Shown: piece after piece, positions 29,111-38,605 of the stretch
Layout of the letters: each line of letters opens with the position of its first letter
Numbering within the stretch: position 1 is the stretch's first letter
DNA from: a bacterium
GTDB taxonomy: Bacteria > Patescibacteriota > Saccharimonadia > Saccharimonadales > JAUPVS01
Direction of reading: 5' to 3'
NCBI GenBank assembly: GCA_029780855.1
Contig: JAKOXV010000018.1
Location: 118,104-182,103, forward strand
Length of the DNA stretch: 64,000 bases
Made by a program: the position numbers and the translations under genes
Notes under the pieces: generated by a model
The model's database searches: none
Told to the model about the DNA's origin: nothing
Seen by the model: the letters and a program-made list of their open reading frames with translations, nothing else

Positions 29111-29139
29111 AAAACCCCGGATTTGACGTCCGGGGTTTT
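29111..29139. terminator. bidirectional-looking terminator hairpin downstream of the LPXTG gene
   Basis: AAAACCCCGG-ATTTGACGT-CCGGGGTTTT, a perfect GC-rich stem flanked by A and T runs. Confidence 0.65.
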
Positions 29140-29233
29140 CGGGGTTGTAGTGTGAGCGGTCAGTCAATGCTCGTTTCTAGGATTAACTCTAGCACAATCT
29201 TGACGATTTTACCAGAGACTTATCCACAAGCAC

Positions 29234-30673
29234 TTAGACCTGGTCAGAAAGGCGTCGGCTTACGAATACTCGATATGCCATTGCCCCGCCGATTGTTGCA
29301 GCAGCAAATATTGCAGCTACATCACCAGCACCAGTGTTTGGTAGCTCCGTAGGAGTAACCGGTGTTACTGGCTTACCAGAAGTAAAGGTAACCTGCTTGC
29401 TACAAGCAGCACTTGTTGCAGTCTTGTCTTCGCCATTTACGGTGAAGTGTGCAACAGCACTAATGGTGTACGTTCCATCAGCTGCGTACTGGTGCTTCTG
29501 ACCAACAACATTGTTGGTAGTAAGAGCATCGCTCTTGTCACCCCAGTTAATTACAGCATTTTTGAATGTAGCACCGTTCGTAGCGGTAGTCTTGAACTGA
29601 CTGATAGTAACCGTTCGGTTATCACCAGACGTGATGTCAAGCAAGTCACAGCTATATGCTGGCTGCTCAGGCTGACACTGTTTTTCAACGTTGGTAGTTG
29701 CCGTGTTGTAGTACTCATTCATTCCTTGCGGACGAGCGATACCTACGTTACGGAACATAGTGACACCACACTGCAGCTTATCTGCATTCGGTACTTTGAC
29801 TTCAAAGTACACATAGGCAGCGGCACCGGGGTTGTAGTTACCAACGTCTAGGCCGGTAGCAGTTACCCCGTCAGCAACATTCTTCAGTCCAGAATCGGTC
29901 TTAAGCTGGGTAGAACCAGGTACATACGTCATGTTAGGTGGCAAATTGTCACGAATCACAACATTGTTATGTACGGTATTTCCCATGTTCTTATAGGCGA
30001 TTGCGTACTGTAAGGTGTCGCTAGGTTTTGCGGTGTTGGTAGTTTGCCACGTATCTGAACCCTTAACACGAACATACTTGTTGATCTGGATTCCAGGAAC
30101 ACGTACACGTGCGAGCACCGTTAGGTTGGCGCTGAAGTTATAGCAAGGCTTTTCATTCTCAAGAACGATACCTTGGTTTCCGTACACAACTTCGTCAGAA
30201 ACTTTTTGATCGGTCCACTGTACATTAGCGTTAGTACCAGTGTTGTGGCGCCAAACTGCAGAACCAGGAATGTATTCCAGGTAAGCGTCGGCTCGATCAA
30301 GGTTAATGGTGACTTGGTCGTTTACGGTATTTGTGTTGTCGCCGGCGATCGTAGCGGTTGCTACTTGCGTCTTACCAGCAGTAGTAGGAATGTTGATTTT
30401 TACACGAAGGTTCTGGGCAATCTTGCCTGAATCTTCTGCTTCACGGTTGTGGTAGAACACCTGTAACTTCACGACTTGGTCGTAAGAAGCATTGGTAGAG
30501 TGTTCGTACCGGGTTTCCCCAGCAGTAACGTTACCGACGCCAAGTGATCCTTCAATACGAACGGTGTCTGCAGCAAAAGTAGCAGCAGGCAGCGCGATTG
30601 CAAGACCAACAATGGCAGCAGCAGCGATACGCTTAGGTAGAGTGTTAACAAGACGAGCTAAAAAGCGTTTCAT
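29234..30673 (-). CDS. LPXTG-anchored surface protein with DUF11 repeat and PKD-like domain
   Basis: 479 aa. Signal peptide ending ATFAAD, DUF11-like region (LQYAIAYKNMGNTVHNNVVIRDNLPPNMTYVPGS), PKD-like KHQYAADGTYTISAV, and C-terminal LPNTGAG plus TM plus RR tail. Confidence 0.85.
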   Translation of the reverse strand: MKRFLARLVNTLPKRIAAAAIVGLAIALPAATFAADTVRIEGSLGVGNVTAGETRYEHSTNASYDQVVKLQVFYHNREAEDSGKIAQNLRVKINIPTTAGKTQVATATIAGDNTNTVNDQVTINLDRADAYLEYIPGSAVWRHNTGTNANVQWTDQKVSDEVVYGNQGIVLENEKPCYNFSANLTVLARVRVPGIQINKYVRVKGSDTWQTTNTAKPSDTLQYAIAYKNMGNTVHNNVVIRDNLPPNMTYVPGSTQLKTDSGLKNVADGVTATGLDVGNYNPGAAAYVYFEVKVPNADKLQCGVTMFRNVGIARPQGMNEYYNTATTNVEKQCQPEQPAYSCDLLDITSGDNRTVTISQFKTTATNGATFKNAVINWGDKSDALTTNNVVGQKHQYAADGTYTISAVAHFTVNGEDKTATSAACSKQVTFTSGKPVTPVTPTELPNTGAGDVAAIFAAATIGGAMAYRVFVSRRLSDQV

Positions 30674-30975
30674 CTAAACACCTCCTCTATTAATTGCGTT
30701 AGCTTTAACAAAATCCCACCTCAAGTTCTCTCAAAAACTTCAGAAATTCCGCTCACTACTTGTTAAAGACCAAAACTGATAGAGGTGTCACTGAAATATC
30801 ATCAGTACACCCACCCCACAGTTATAGACTATTTTAGCACAAGTGTGTTGCAGTGTCAATATTATGGTTATGCTTTATTTCTGGCTTTGTTAAGGTTCGC
30901 TCATCCCTTACACGCCTTGCTGGCACATAAGAGGGGAAGTCAAATAATTACAGCGTATAAATTGGTTGTTGCGGG

Positions 30976-31033
30976 GTGGAAATTTGTGCTCTTTGGAGCT
31001 AGTGAAAGCCGGAGCTTCCAAACAAATTTCCAC
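30976..31033. repeat. 58-nt imperfect palindrome at the left edge of the high-GC insert
   Basis: GTGGAAATTTGT...GGAGCT-loop-AGCTTCC..ACAAATTTCCAC. The 12-bp outer and 6-bp inner stems are separated by an internal loop. Confidence 0.6.
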
Positions 31034-31272
31034 ACCCGCGGGCGTGACTACATCCTAGGAGAGCTGCATATTAGTGCGCTCGTAAATATCCAAGGATCAG
31101 GCCTCAACCATACTACGTGACGACGTCTGGTCATCGATGCATCCCTTGAGGCGTTTTGGGACTTTTGCTCGGGAGGTGAACTCACTCACAGCATCGATGA
31201 CCTTCTCAGCGTTTCCTTCCTTGATGTCAGGGAGGAGATATCGATCTCAGCTGATATTGATCGAAGTTGGAC

Positions 31273-32520
31273 CTACAGTCCCGGATCGCCGGTGTGGCCA
31301 GTCCCCGTGTCGGGGGTGGTGATCGGCGGACCGCTCGGAGGGGGCGTCGAACCACCACCAGACGTGGAACCGTCCGGGTTGGTCTGACTGCCTCCGGGGG
31401 AGCCGGAACCGGTCTGGCTTCCCGAGTCGTACCCCGAGCCATTCTCCGGCGGTGCCGAAGTGTTGGGCTGCGGAGCCGGACCGGAAGGTGGCGTCACGGG
31501 CTGTGACGGCGCACCGGGCGTGGGACCGACGTAGCAGCAGGGGTTCTGCTGCAGGTCCTGGTGGGGCGCCACCGGAGGACAACCAGGATCGTTGTTCTGG
31601 CCACACTCGTAGGGCACCGGCGGCTTCTCCGTGGTCGGAGGCGTCGGCGGCGTCGGCGGCGGCGGCGTCGGCGGCGTCGGGGGCGTCGGCGGGGTGACAG
31701 GCGGCTTCACGGGAACTCCCGGGATGGGCGTCTCCGCGACCAGGTTGCCACAGCGGTGGAGGATGTAGACGACGTCTCCGTTGAGGAACGTCACCTTCAC
31801 CGCTTCCAGGTTACCCGTGATGGGACCCGGAGCTTCCTGGAACGGCTGACCTCCCCCTGCCTCGACCCCGGTGTTGACACCGAAGTTGGGGGCCTGGGTG
31901 GTCTCTGCCGTTGCCGACTTGTACTGCGCCAGGGTCTGGTTGTACAGGTCCCGAGCGTGGGCCGTGTAGCACCCGTCCTCGACGAGCACGTTCCAGTCCT
32001 CGACGGCCTGCCCTTCCTGGGACCCCAGCGGGGACTTGTTCCAGTAGAGCTGAAGCACACGCGGATCATGCTGCGCGTACTCCATCACCTTCTGGACAGC
32101 CTCGTCGGGATGGTCCATGGGCAGCTCCGCCTGGGCCGTGCTGATGACCTTGTTGCCCTCGTTGGTGTCGAGGACGACGTTGTAGCCATCGGCGCACTGG
32201 TCCGGAGTCTTGGTGTTCTGCTGCTGCGAGCACTCGTTGGCGCGCACCTGCAGGTTGTCCACCTTGGACTGGGCGTCATCCACCTTGGACTGGGCGGACT
32301 GCTCGTCGGGCGTACCCTTGGAGCTGTCCACCGCCGCCTGGGCGTCGGCCAGGTCGGTCTGGGCCTGGGTGAGCTGGCTGCTCACCTGGTCACAGGCGAC
32401 CTGGTCGGGGGTGTTGCTCTCGGCCTTCGCCGTGCCGCAAGCGGCCGCGACGAGAGCCAAGCAAGCCGCCACAAGGAGGGCGGCGGGGAACTGCTTGAGT
32501 CGCTTCACTGGGTCCTCCAT
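31273..32520 (-). CDS. high-GC lipoprotein with Pro/Thr-rich and Gly/Ser-rich C-terminal region (foreign-looking)
   Basis: Lipobox LVAAAC-G follows MEDPVKRLKQFPAALLVAACLA. PPTPPTPPTPPPPTPPTPP linker. The start is uncertain: ATG 32520 or upstream GTG 32571. The reading strand was chosen because the antisense ORF translates to poly-Arg nonsense. Confidence 0.65.
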   Translation of the reverse strand: MEDPVKRLKQFPAALLVAACLALVAAACGTAKAESNTPDQVACDQVSSQLTQAQTDLADAQAAVDSSKGTPDEQSAQSKVDDAQSKVDNLQVRANECSQQQNTKTPDQCADGYNVVLDTNEGNKVISTAQAELPMDHPDEAVQKVMEYAQHDPRVLQLYWNKSPLGSQEGQAVEDWNVLVEDGCYTAHARDLYNQTLAQYKSATAETTQAPNFGVNTGVEAGGGQPFQEAPGPITGNLEAVKVTFLNGDVVYILHRCGNLVAETPIPGVPVKPPVTPPTPPTPPTPPPPTPPTPPTTEKPPVPYECGQNNDPGCPPVAPHQDLQQNPCCYVGPTPGAPSQPVTPPSGPAPQPNTSAPPENGSGYDSGSQTGSGSPGGSQTNPDGSTSGGGSTPPPSGPPITTPDTGTGHTGDPGL

Positions 32521-32704
32521 TCTGGCGACTCGGGTAATCACTTTTGCTGGAATAGCAGGGCGATTACGCACTCCCTTTTGTGGTGTACGAGCTATGGGCG
32601 GCTCACACTTACTCCGGTCTGGCCGGGTAGGTCTTCCACGGTAATGACCTAGGGAACTTATTGAAACGGACTGGGTACCGCCACTTTCCCAAGTGGATTT
32701 CGTC

Positions 32705-33106
32705 CTACGAGCCGGAGGGCACCAACGAACGCAAGCGCTCGGGGATGCGGATCTTCGGCAGGTTCGGCACCTTGTCGAGGACCGTGAAGGCCCACAGCAG
32801 GATGACCGAGACGAACACCAAGACGATCAACCCGAGGGTCGACCACTTGATCCCGTCGTACAACGAGTTGCCCCACAGCACCGCCGCGACACCCAGGACG
32901 AGGCCGATGATGGCGCTGCCGTGGTGCGGGCTGATGGTGCTGTGGATGATGACGGCCACGGCGACGACGACCAACGCGAGCAGTCCGAGGGACTGCCACG
33001 GGTGATCACCGAGCCGGTCGCGGAAGTCCTGGTGCCAGGCGAGCTGGTAGCCCGCCCAGGCGGTGAGGCCGACCGTGATGATGAAGCCGATCGTGCGACG
33101 AAGCAT
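32705..33106 (-). CDS. high-GC small integral membrane protein (4 predicted TM)
   Basis: 133 aa from ATG 33106, preceded by GGAGGA SD (MLRRTIGFIITVGLTAW...). Four hydrophobic helices. Confidence 0.6.
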   Translation of the reverse strand: MLRRTIGFIITVGLTAWAGYQLAWHQDFRDRLGDHPWQSLGLLALVVVAVAVIIHSTISPHHGSAIIGLVLGVAAVLWGNSLYDGIKWSTLGLIVLVFVSVILLWAFTVLDKVPNLPKIRIPERLRSLVPSGS

Positions 33107-33690
33107 GATTCCTCCAAGGGTATGGGGGTCTTCTGAACTGGTCCAACGCAAGCGATTGCTGCGTCGAGCTGCGAGTACATCACTGTACTCTTTCGCTTAC
33201 CAAATATCGGTAAACTTATTCCTTTAGACCCCCACGGGCAAGGAGCAGCAAGAGGATGATCTAAAGCACTGAAATCACCTTCTTGCTACCCCTTACGACC
33301 ATGGAGAAACGGTAGTATGGTTTTCTTGTAGTCACTTGCTACTTCGGTATGGAGTCACTGATGTGACTCAACATGCCAAAAGCAGCGGTACCGGTGTTAG
33401 TAACGGTAGTCAATGACTAGCCATCTAATACCAGTACAGCTGCCTTCGGTATTACCAAAGTAGTTTGTAGACTGTAATTATCCGACTTGTTAAACAACCC
33501 CTGTCCCGAAGTACGGCCCAAGAAGACAAAAAGCCAACCTCTCACCCCTGTTGGAGATCAGATTGACCTGGTTTGTAAACTTAGCTCCGTTCCACCTCCG
33601 GAAAGGATGCTTAGATATTACCACAAACAGTGTATTTTGTCAATAAGCATTACCCTAATTTTTGCACTTTTTCAAGCTTATGCTTACCGG

Positions 33691-34053
33691 TCACGCTTCG
33701 TCTTGAGACACCTCAATTTTCTTCCCCGCTGATCCTTCGGGAATATCCTCAACTGGCGCTTCATCTTTCGCCGTTTCTTTTGGCTTTTCCTGATTGCCTA
33801 TGCTGTCCCCGCTTGGCTCAGCTTGCGCTATCTCTATCTCCTCAAGAATCTGCATCAATGCGGAACCCTTCTGAGCAGGATCTTCAATCTCTTTAGCTGC
33901 CCCATGTGCTTTTTCCAGTAACGATACATCGCCGGAACTAACATACTGTGTCATTACCAATTCATACCTGTCTACCGGATCGAGACTACCTTCATCGGTT
34001 AGCGAAATCAGTTCGTCCAGTACCTGTGTCTTAAGTTTCTGTAAATCTGCCAT
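33691..34053 (-). CDS. small acidic helical protein, hypothetical
   Basis: 120 aa, E/D-rich, directly downstream of the 1383-aa gene on the same strand. Confidence 0.6.
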   Translation of the reverse strand: MADLQKLKTQVLDELISLTDEGSLDPVDRYELVMTQYVSSGDVSLLEKAHGAAKEIEDPAQKGSALMQILEEIEIAQAEPSGDSIGNQEKPKETAKDEAPVEDIPEGSAGKKIEVSQDEA

Positions 34054-34065
34054 ATCCCACTCCTT

Positions 34066-37000
34066 TTACTTAACTGCTTCCATTAGTCGAGACGTACGGG
34101 GTAGCGGGATATCCGCGCCCATAGGACGGACGTACCTGCCATAGTTTACCCGTACCCTTCTTGAACCCATCGGATCAAACCGTCCGCGGTTATTCCTCGT
34201 GAGCCTCTTTAACATAACCCGCTTACCGAGATCCGTAAATTTGAACGTCAATGTGCCGCTCGCATCAATTACAGACTCGTACAGTTCCTCATTCCCATCG
34301 CTACCAAGTTCTCCCGGTCTAGCGGGCGGGAAAGATCTACGGAGCTGCATTTCTGCAAACCTTGGGTCTATTCCGTACCCACCAATCAGTTCATTGATCT
34401 GAAATTCGACATAGCCGAGCACCGCTTCAAAGTTATCAGGTGTGATTTTTTCGTCCGTTCGGACTTCCGGTAGGTATGCGGAACGATGCTTACTGCCCTC
34501 TTCGCCTTGATCAAAGTCGTTCCAAGCAGCACTAATTGGCTGGCCGGTTCGGTACATTCCCTCTAGGCGAGACGGGTCACTATCGATGGTAGCGCCGGTG
34601 GCAACCGTGACCGGATCCTCTTCTCCTGTTTCTCCTACACCGGTGACGTATCTAGACCAGCCGCGCATTATTCCTCTGTGTTCTTGACGATACCTTTCCC
34701 GATGCAGCGGAGAAGTACGTTTTCTCACCGAGCGTATTCGCTTTCCAAGCCTTAGGTCATCTGTACCTGCACCGGTATCATCCGGGTCAAAACCAATACT
34801 ACCAACTGCCGCAAGCGTTGAAACTCTGACACCGGTGTTAGGGCCTGAAGTTGGTATATCGGCTTCGAACCCTTTACCGCGGGCACGAAGACCTGCGGTT
34901 CTTACACCCTCTTCAAACTGCAATGCCAACGCTAGCCCTGGCATGCCTTTCACTTTATCTATTCCCCACTTGATTCTGCCTACTGCCGCATCGATGCCGG
35001 GCTGTAACACCGCGCCGGTCATTCGTCCGATATATCCTCTAGAGATTCCACCTGCATCAGCGTCGTTTCGTAGGATTGCCAGTTCATGATCCGGCGACAT
35101 TCTTCCTTCTTTAATAGCTCGGTCAACTGCCAAAATCGCACTATCGTACAAACGACGCGTCACAAGACCGATCGCGCCGCCACCACGCTGTTTCTGCTGG
35201 GCGGTAAAGGTTGATTGCACTACCGCAATCTTAAGCCCCGGAAATGCTTCACGAGCTCTTTGCACTTCCGCTAGTAGCTGCTGAACCTTTTCTTGTGCTT
35301 CAGGTGTAGTACCGAGTTCCTCCTGCCAGTTGACATTGAGAAGTACTACCGTACTACGAACATCTTCTTCGGGTTGTTGGCCGTATAAACTAAGTGTACT
35401 GAATATATTTTCTGCTTCAGATAATCCGGCTACCGGTATTGCAACGATCGCTTTAGTGTCGTCACCTATTTCCAGTAGTTCTTGTGAATCGGTAATGGAT
35501 TTATCTACGTCTTCTACGTACTCATCGCCATTTTTTTCTTTTGCTAATTCGCGGTACCAAGCAACTGCCTCACCAGTCCGTACTTCTGTACCTGGATCTT
35601 CAAGCAGTGAGGGTAGCGTCTCTCGTAATTGCTGCTCGATTTCCTCAGGGGATGCCGACCCGTACATGTAGTACTCACCCGGAGTTGCCGCTCCGCGAGT
35701 AGCTAGCCGTTCCAAACCGCGGCGACTGTAGATTGGCAATACTGGGGCGATCTCCGTAGGTAGATCGGTCATAATCGGTGCGTCGATGGTCGTGATGACT
35801 CGTTCATGATTTTCGGTAATTACATTAGTAATCGTATCTGTATAATTATGCGGCTGACCAGAACCACCGTAGGTGGCCAACATGCGCATCGTTGTTTCGC
35901 CGTTTTGGCCTGTGCCAGTTAGCTGCACTGCTTCGGCGTACGCTCCGTTGAACACCGCGTGATCGTTACTATTTTCAAACAAGGCCTGTCCGGCAAAACT
36001 ATTTTTATCAATAACCGCATTACCGTTGGAATCGATAGGTACCATGATGACATGGCTCTGAGTTCCCTTATCAACGGACAGAGCGATTGCCATCTTGTGC
36101 TCAGCAATAAGCTGCTGGTAGTTTGCAGCTTGGTCACCATGGAATGAACCGCCCTGCGTCATGTGAGCCACATTAAATACGTAGTTACCGTTAGCATCTA
36201 CGCCATTTCCACCTTCGCCACCCCACCACAGTTTCAGTTCGTTGCGATCAAACTTCGGTGTGTTGTTGTCGTACCATAACTGTCGATGTACCGCAGTGAA
36301 TTCACCTGGATGATCATGCATGTATTGTTCTGCGGGAACATTAACCTGCGTAACTTCAGTATGGGTCGTTTGGTACTGCTGTATTGCGTCATGAAAATGG
36401 TAACCTTTACCAGCTAGCACTGCTTGCGTTTGGGAATCAAGATGTCCTGAACCATCAAAGCCCACATGTTCGCTAATTGTCTTCCCATTAGCACCGATTA
36501 GGTGATAGGCGCCGTCAACTTGCTGTAAATGCGTACCCTCTGGTAGTACCATCGAAGTGTGTTCGTTGATTGACTGCGGAGCAAGGTGTTCAGACAAAGT
36601 TTGACCACTTGGAACTTGGTCGTGATGAAACAAACCAGCCAGTGTGGTTCTTCGTTGTCCAGGCTGGGCATGCTCGAAAACGCCCTGCATATCGGAGGAA
36701 ACTGCAGCCCGGACTTCCTGCATTGCCACGCCGATAGTCACGCCGCTCACAAACCCGACTGCCGCCATCTTAAGCGTGCGGTTACGCTGCAACTTTCTAA
36801 ATACACGATCCTTATCGGACACATCAGCAGACATTATTTCGGCGGTCAGCTGGCTTAGCCCTGCTATCGTTTGATCGACGCTGCCAGAAACGAACCCCGC
36901 AGCCTGGAGTACACTTTCTTCTACTCCTTCGATTTTCTGCTGTAATGCCACCTTAACCTGGGCAATTAATCGGTCAAGATTAAGTCGCTGCTGTTCAACT

Positions 37001-38217
37001 CCTTCGTGATCGTCAAACCGGATAAAATCGGCATTCTGTTCGTCGGACATTAAAACACGTGTTTGTGCATGCGAGAGCTGCGCAACGATTTCCGCCAGTT
37101 CTTCAGGGTTCACATCGCCTTCGAGTGCGGTTGCAGATGCGCTGAGGGAATCGATAAGGCTTGATGCTGGCACCGCTTCGTACATGGTTGCTTCCAGCTG
37201 CTCACGCCGTTTAGCGGAACCCTCTGGCATTTCTTGACCTTCAGCACGCTGGCGAGCGTGGAGCTGACGTTCTTGTTTCACCCGCAGCCGTTCACGTAAA
37301 CCAGCCAAAGCACCCGCGCCAACGCCCATACCCAGCGTTGCTGCCGCTGCCATTGCCGCTTTGCGAACGGTAAACTTACCTGCCGAAACCGCCACGCCAA
37401 CTGCGACACTAAGCGTTGTTTCGTTAACCAAGGATCCTACACGCGTCCCCTGCAGTTTCTCAAGTACTCTGTCAGCAGTATCGCGCCATTCCTGTGATCG
37501 CACACCAACCCGTGCTTCACCGGCTCTAAAAGAGAGTGCCTGGTCTATACGGTCTATCCCAACGCCGTGTTCAAAAGCTGCCCTCGCATTGCGAGCCACC
37601 TCTAAAACGTTATCAGCGAGTAGCAGTCCCTTTTTCCGGTCAGCTTCAGAAATAGATTCACCGTAACTATCAAGAAGCCTTGTTTTTTCTTCTTGTAGCG
37701 AATCATCGTCCAGTTCGCCGGAAGCATATTCTTTAACCAACGTTTTCAATGCGTGTTCCAGCTCACTACCATGCTCTGTCTCGGCCAAATCCTGATTGGA
37801 TTCACCACCATGTATAAAATCTTCAGCGAAACGGGTGACTACCGCGCTGGCGGCAGCATCATGCTCCTCTTTGGTACCACCACTTGCAGCATACAAGTTC
37901 TGGGTTTCAATGATTTCCTGCTTATTACGGCGAGTTTCACGCTGGCGAATGTAATCACGGGTGATATTTCCATGCCAAATACGCTTCAAAAAGCCCTTTA
38001 CACCACGTTGCCTCGTCTGTTCGTTGATGTACTCATCACTCGCATCAATAGCTTCCGACTGCACGCCTTGAGATAAATCAACAACTTGACCGCGTAGCTG
38101 TTCAGCCAGCTGTTCGTCAGTTAGTTCTACTTGGTCAGGAGGCAAAGCAGGAGGAGTGGTTGCTACTGCCGCCTCTTCTTCCAACACATCTTCTGGCATT
38201 ATCCCTATTTCATCCAT
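34066..38217 (-). CDS. 1383-aa multidomain membrane protein with C-terminal GT-A (family-2-like) glycosyltransferase module
   Basis: No signal peptide. Ala/Gly-rich hydrophobic segments at aa ~266-307 and ~484-500. GT-A-like pattern at aa ~922-1160: AIVAIPVAGLSEAENIFSTLSL, NDADAGG (DxD), and SGPNTGVRVSTLAAVGSIGFDPDDTGAGTDDLRLGKRI. Basic C-terminal tail. Confidence 0.75.
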   Translation of the reverse strand: MDEIGIMPEDVLEEEAAVATTPPALPPDQVELTDEQLAEQLRGQVVDLSQGVQSEAIDASDEYINEQTRQRGVKGFLKRIWHGNITRDYIRQRETRRNKQEIIETQNLYAASGGTKEEHDAAASAVVTRFAEDFIHGGESNQDLAETEHGSELEHALKTLVKEYASGELDDDSLQEEKTRLLDSYGESISEADRKKGLLLADNVLEVARNARAAFEHGVGIDRIDQALSFRAGEARVGVRSQEWRDTADRVLEKLQGTRVGSLVNETTLSVAVGVAVSAGKFTVRKAAMAAAATLGMGVGAGALAGLRERLRVKQERQLHARQRAEGQEMPEGSAKRREQLEATMYEAVPASSLIDSLSASATALEGDVNPEELAEIVAQLSHAQTRVLMSDEQNADFIRFDDHEGVEQQRLNLDRLIAQVKVALQQKIEGVEESVLQAAGFVSGSVDQTIAGLSQLTAEIMSADVSDKDRVFRKLQRNRTLKMAAVGFVSGVTIGVAMQEVRAAVSSDMQGVFEHAQPGQRRTTLAGLFHHDQVPSGQTLSEHLAPQSINEHTSMVLPEGTHLQQVDGAYHLIGANGKTISEHVGFDGSGHLDSQTQAVLAGKGYHFHDAIQQYQTTHTEVTQVNVPAEQYMHDHPGEFTAVHRQLWYDNNTPKFDRNELKLWWGGEGGNGVDANGNYVFNVAHMTQGGSFHGDQAANYQQLIAEHKMAIALSVDKGTQSHVIMVPIDSNGNAVIDKNSFAGQALFENSNDHAVFNGAYAEAVQLTGTGQNGETTMRMLATYGGSGQPHNYTDTITNVITENHERVITTIDAPIMTDLPTEIAPVLPIYSRRGLERLATRGAATPGEYYMYGSASPEEIEQQLRETLPSLLEDPGTEVRTGEAVAWYRELAKEKNGDEYVEDVDKSITDSQELLEIGDDTKAIVAIPVAGLSEAENIFSTLSLYGQQPEEDVRSTVVLLNVNWQEELGTTPEAQEKVQQLLAEVQRAREAFPGLKIAVVQSTFTAQQKQRGGGAIGLVTRRLYDSAILAVDRAIKEGRMSPDHELAILRNDADAGGISRGYIGRMTGAVLQPGIDAAVGRIKWGIDKVKGMPGLALALQFEEGVRTAGLRARGKGFEADIPTSGPNTGVRVSTLAAVGSIGFDPDDTGAGTDDLRLGKRIRSVRKRTSPLHRERYRQEHRGIMRGWSRYVTGVGETGEEDPVTVATGATIDSDPSRLEGMYRTGQPISAAWNDFDQGEEGSKHRSAYLPEVRTDEKITPDNFEAVLGYVEFQINELIGGYGIDPRFAEMQLRRSFPPARPGELGSDGNEELYESVIDASGTLTFKFTDLGKRVMLKRLTRNNRGRFDPMGSRRVRVNYGRYVRPMGADIPLPRTSRLMEAVK

Positions 38218-38231
38218 ATCGGTATGACTCG

Positions 38232-38573
38232 CTACGCTTTATCTCCCAAGTACAACGCCCTGAACTCTAAAATTGCAGACGCAGCAATCTGTTCTCTATT
38301 AGCAACGTTTTGCTCGATAAAGGTCTGTATCTTGGCCGCATCGTCGCCATTTTGGTCAATCACTTGTTCGAATTCGGCCAGTGTTTTTTCGTCCATTGAT
38401 TCGACGATCCGTTTGTTCAAAAAATCCGTCAGTCGATCAGTAAGATCTTTTTGTAGCTGCTCGCGAACTGCTGCATCCATATCATCTGACACGCCACTGT
38501 CTTTCAAGAGCTGTTTTATAAATTCATCCATTTTTAATTTTCCACTTTTTACTAACTCCTTACATTGAACCAT
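38232..38573 (-). CDS. small helical protein, hypothetical
   Basis: 113 aa, acidic and helical, immediately upstream of the 1383-aa gene on the same strand. Confidence 0.6.
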   Translation of the reverse strand: MVQCKELVKSGKLKMDEFIKQLLKDSGVSDDMDAAVREQLQKDLTDRLTDFLNKRIVESMDEKTLAEFEQVIDQNGDDAAKIQTFIEQNVANREQIAASAILEFRALYLGDKA

Positions 38574-38605
38574 GTAAGCGTAAGAAGTTCAATACCGGTA
38601 GATCG

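Noticed and set aside
30785-31120. 111-aa plus-strand ORF in the gene-free region left of the high-GC insert
   Set aside because: No SD, odd composition, and it spans the palindrome. It is more likely non-coding debris.
31561-32652. 363-aa plus-strand ORF with a poly-Arg run, together with the many other overlapping ORFs in 31137-33183
   Set aside because: It is the antisense of the Pro-rich lipoprotein frame (PPTPP read backwards gives RRRR). High-GC DNA lacks stop codons in all frames. Only the two minus-strand frames have a lipobox, TM helices or an SD.
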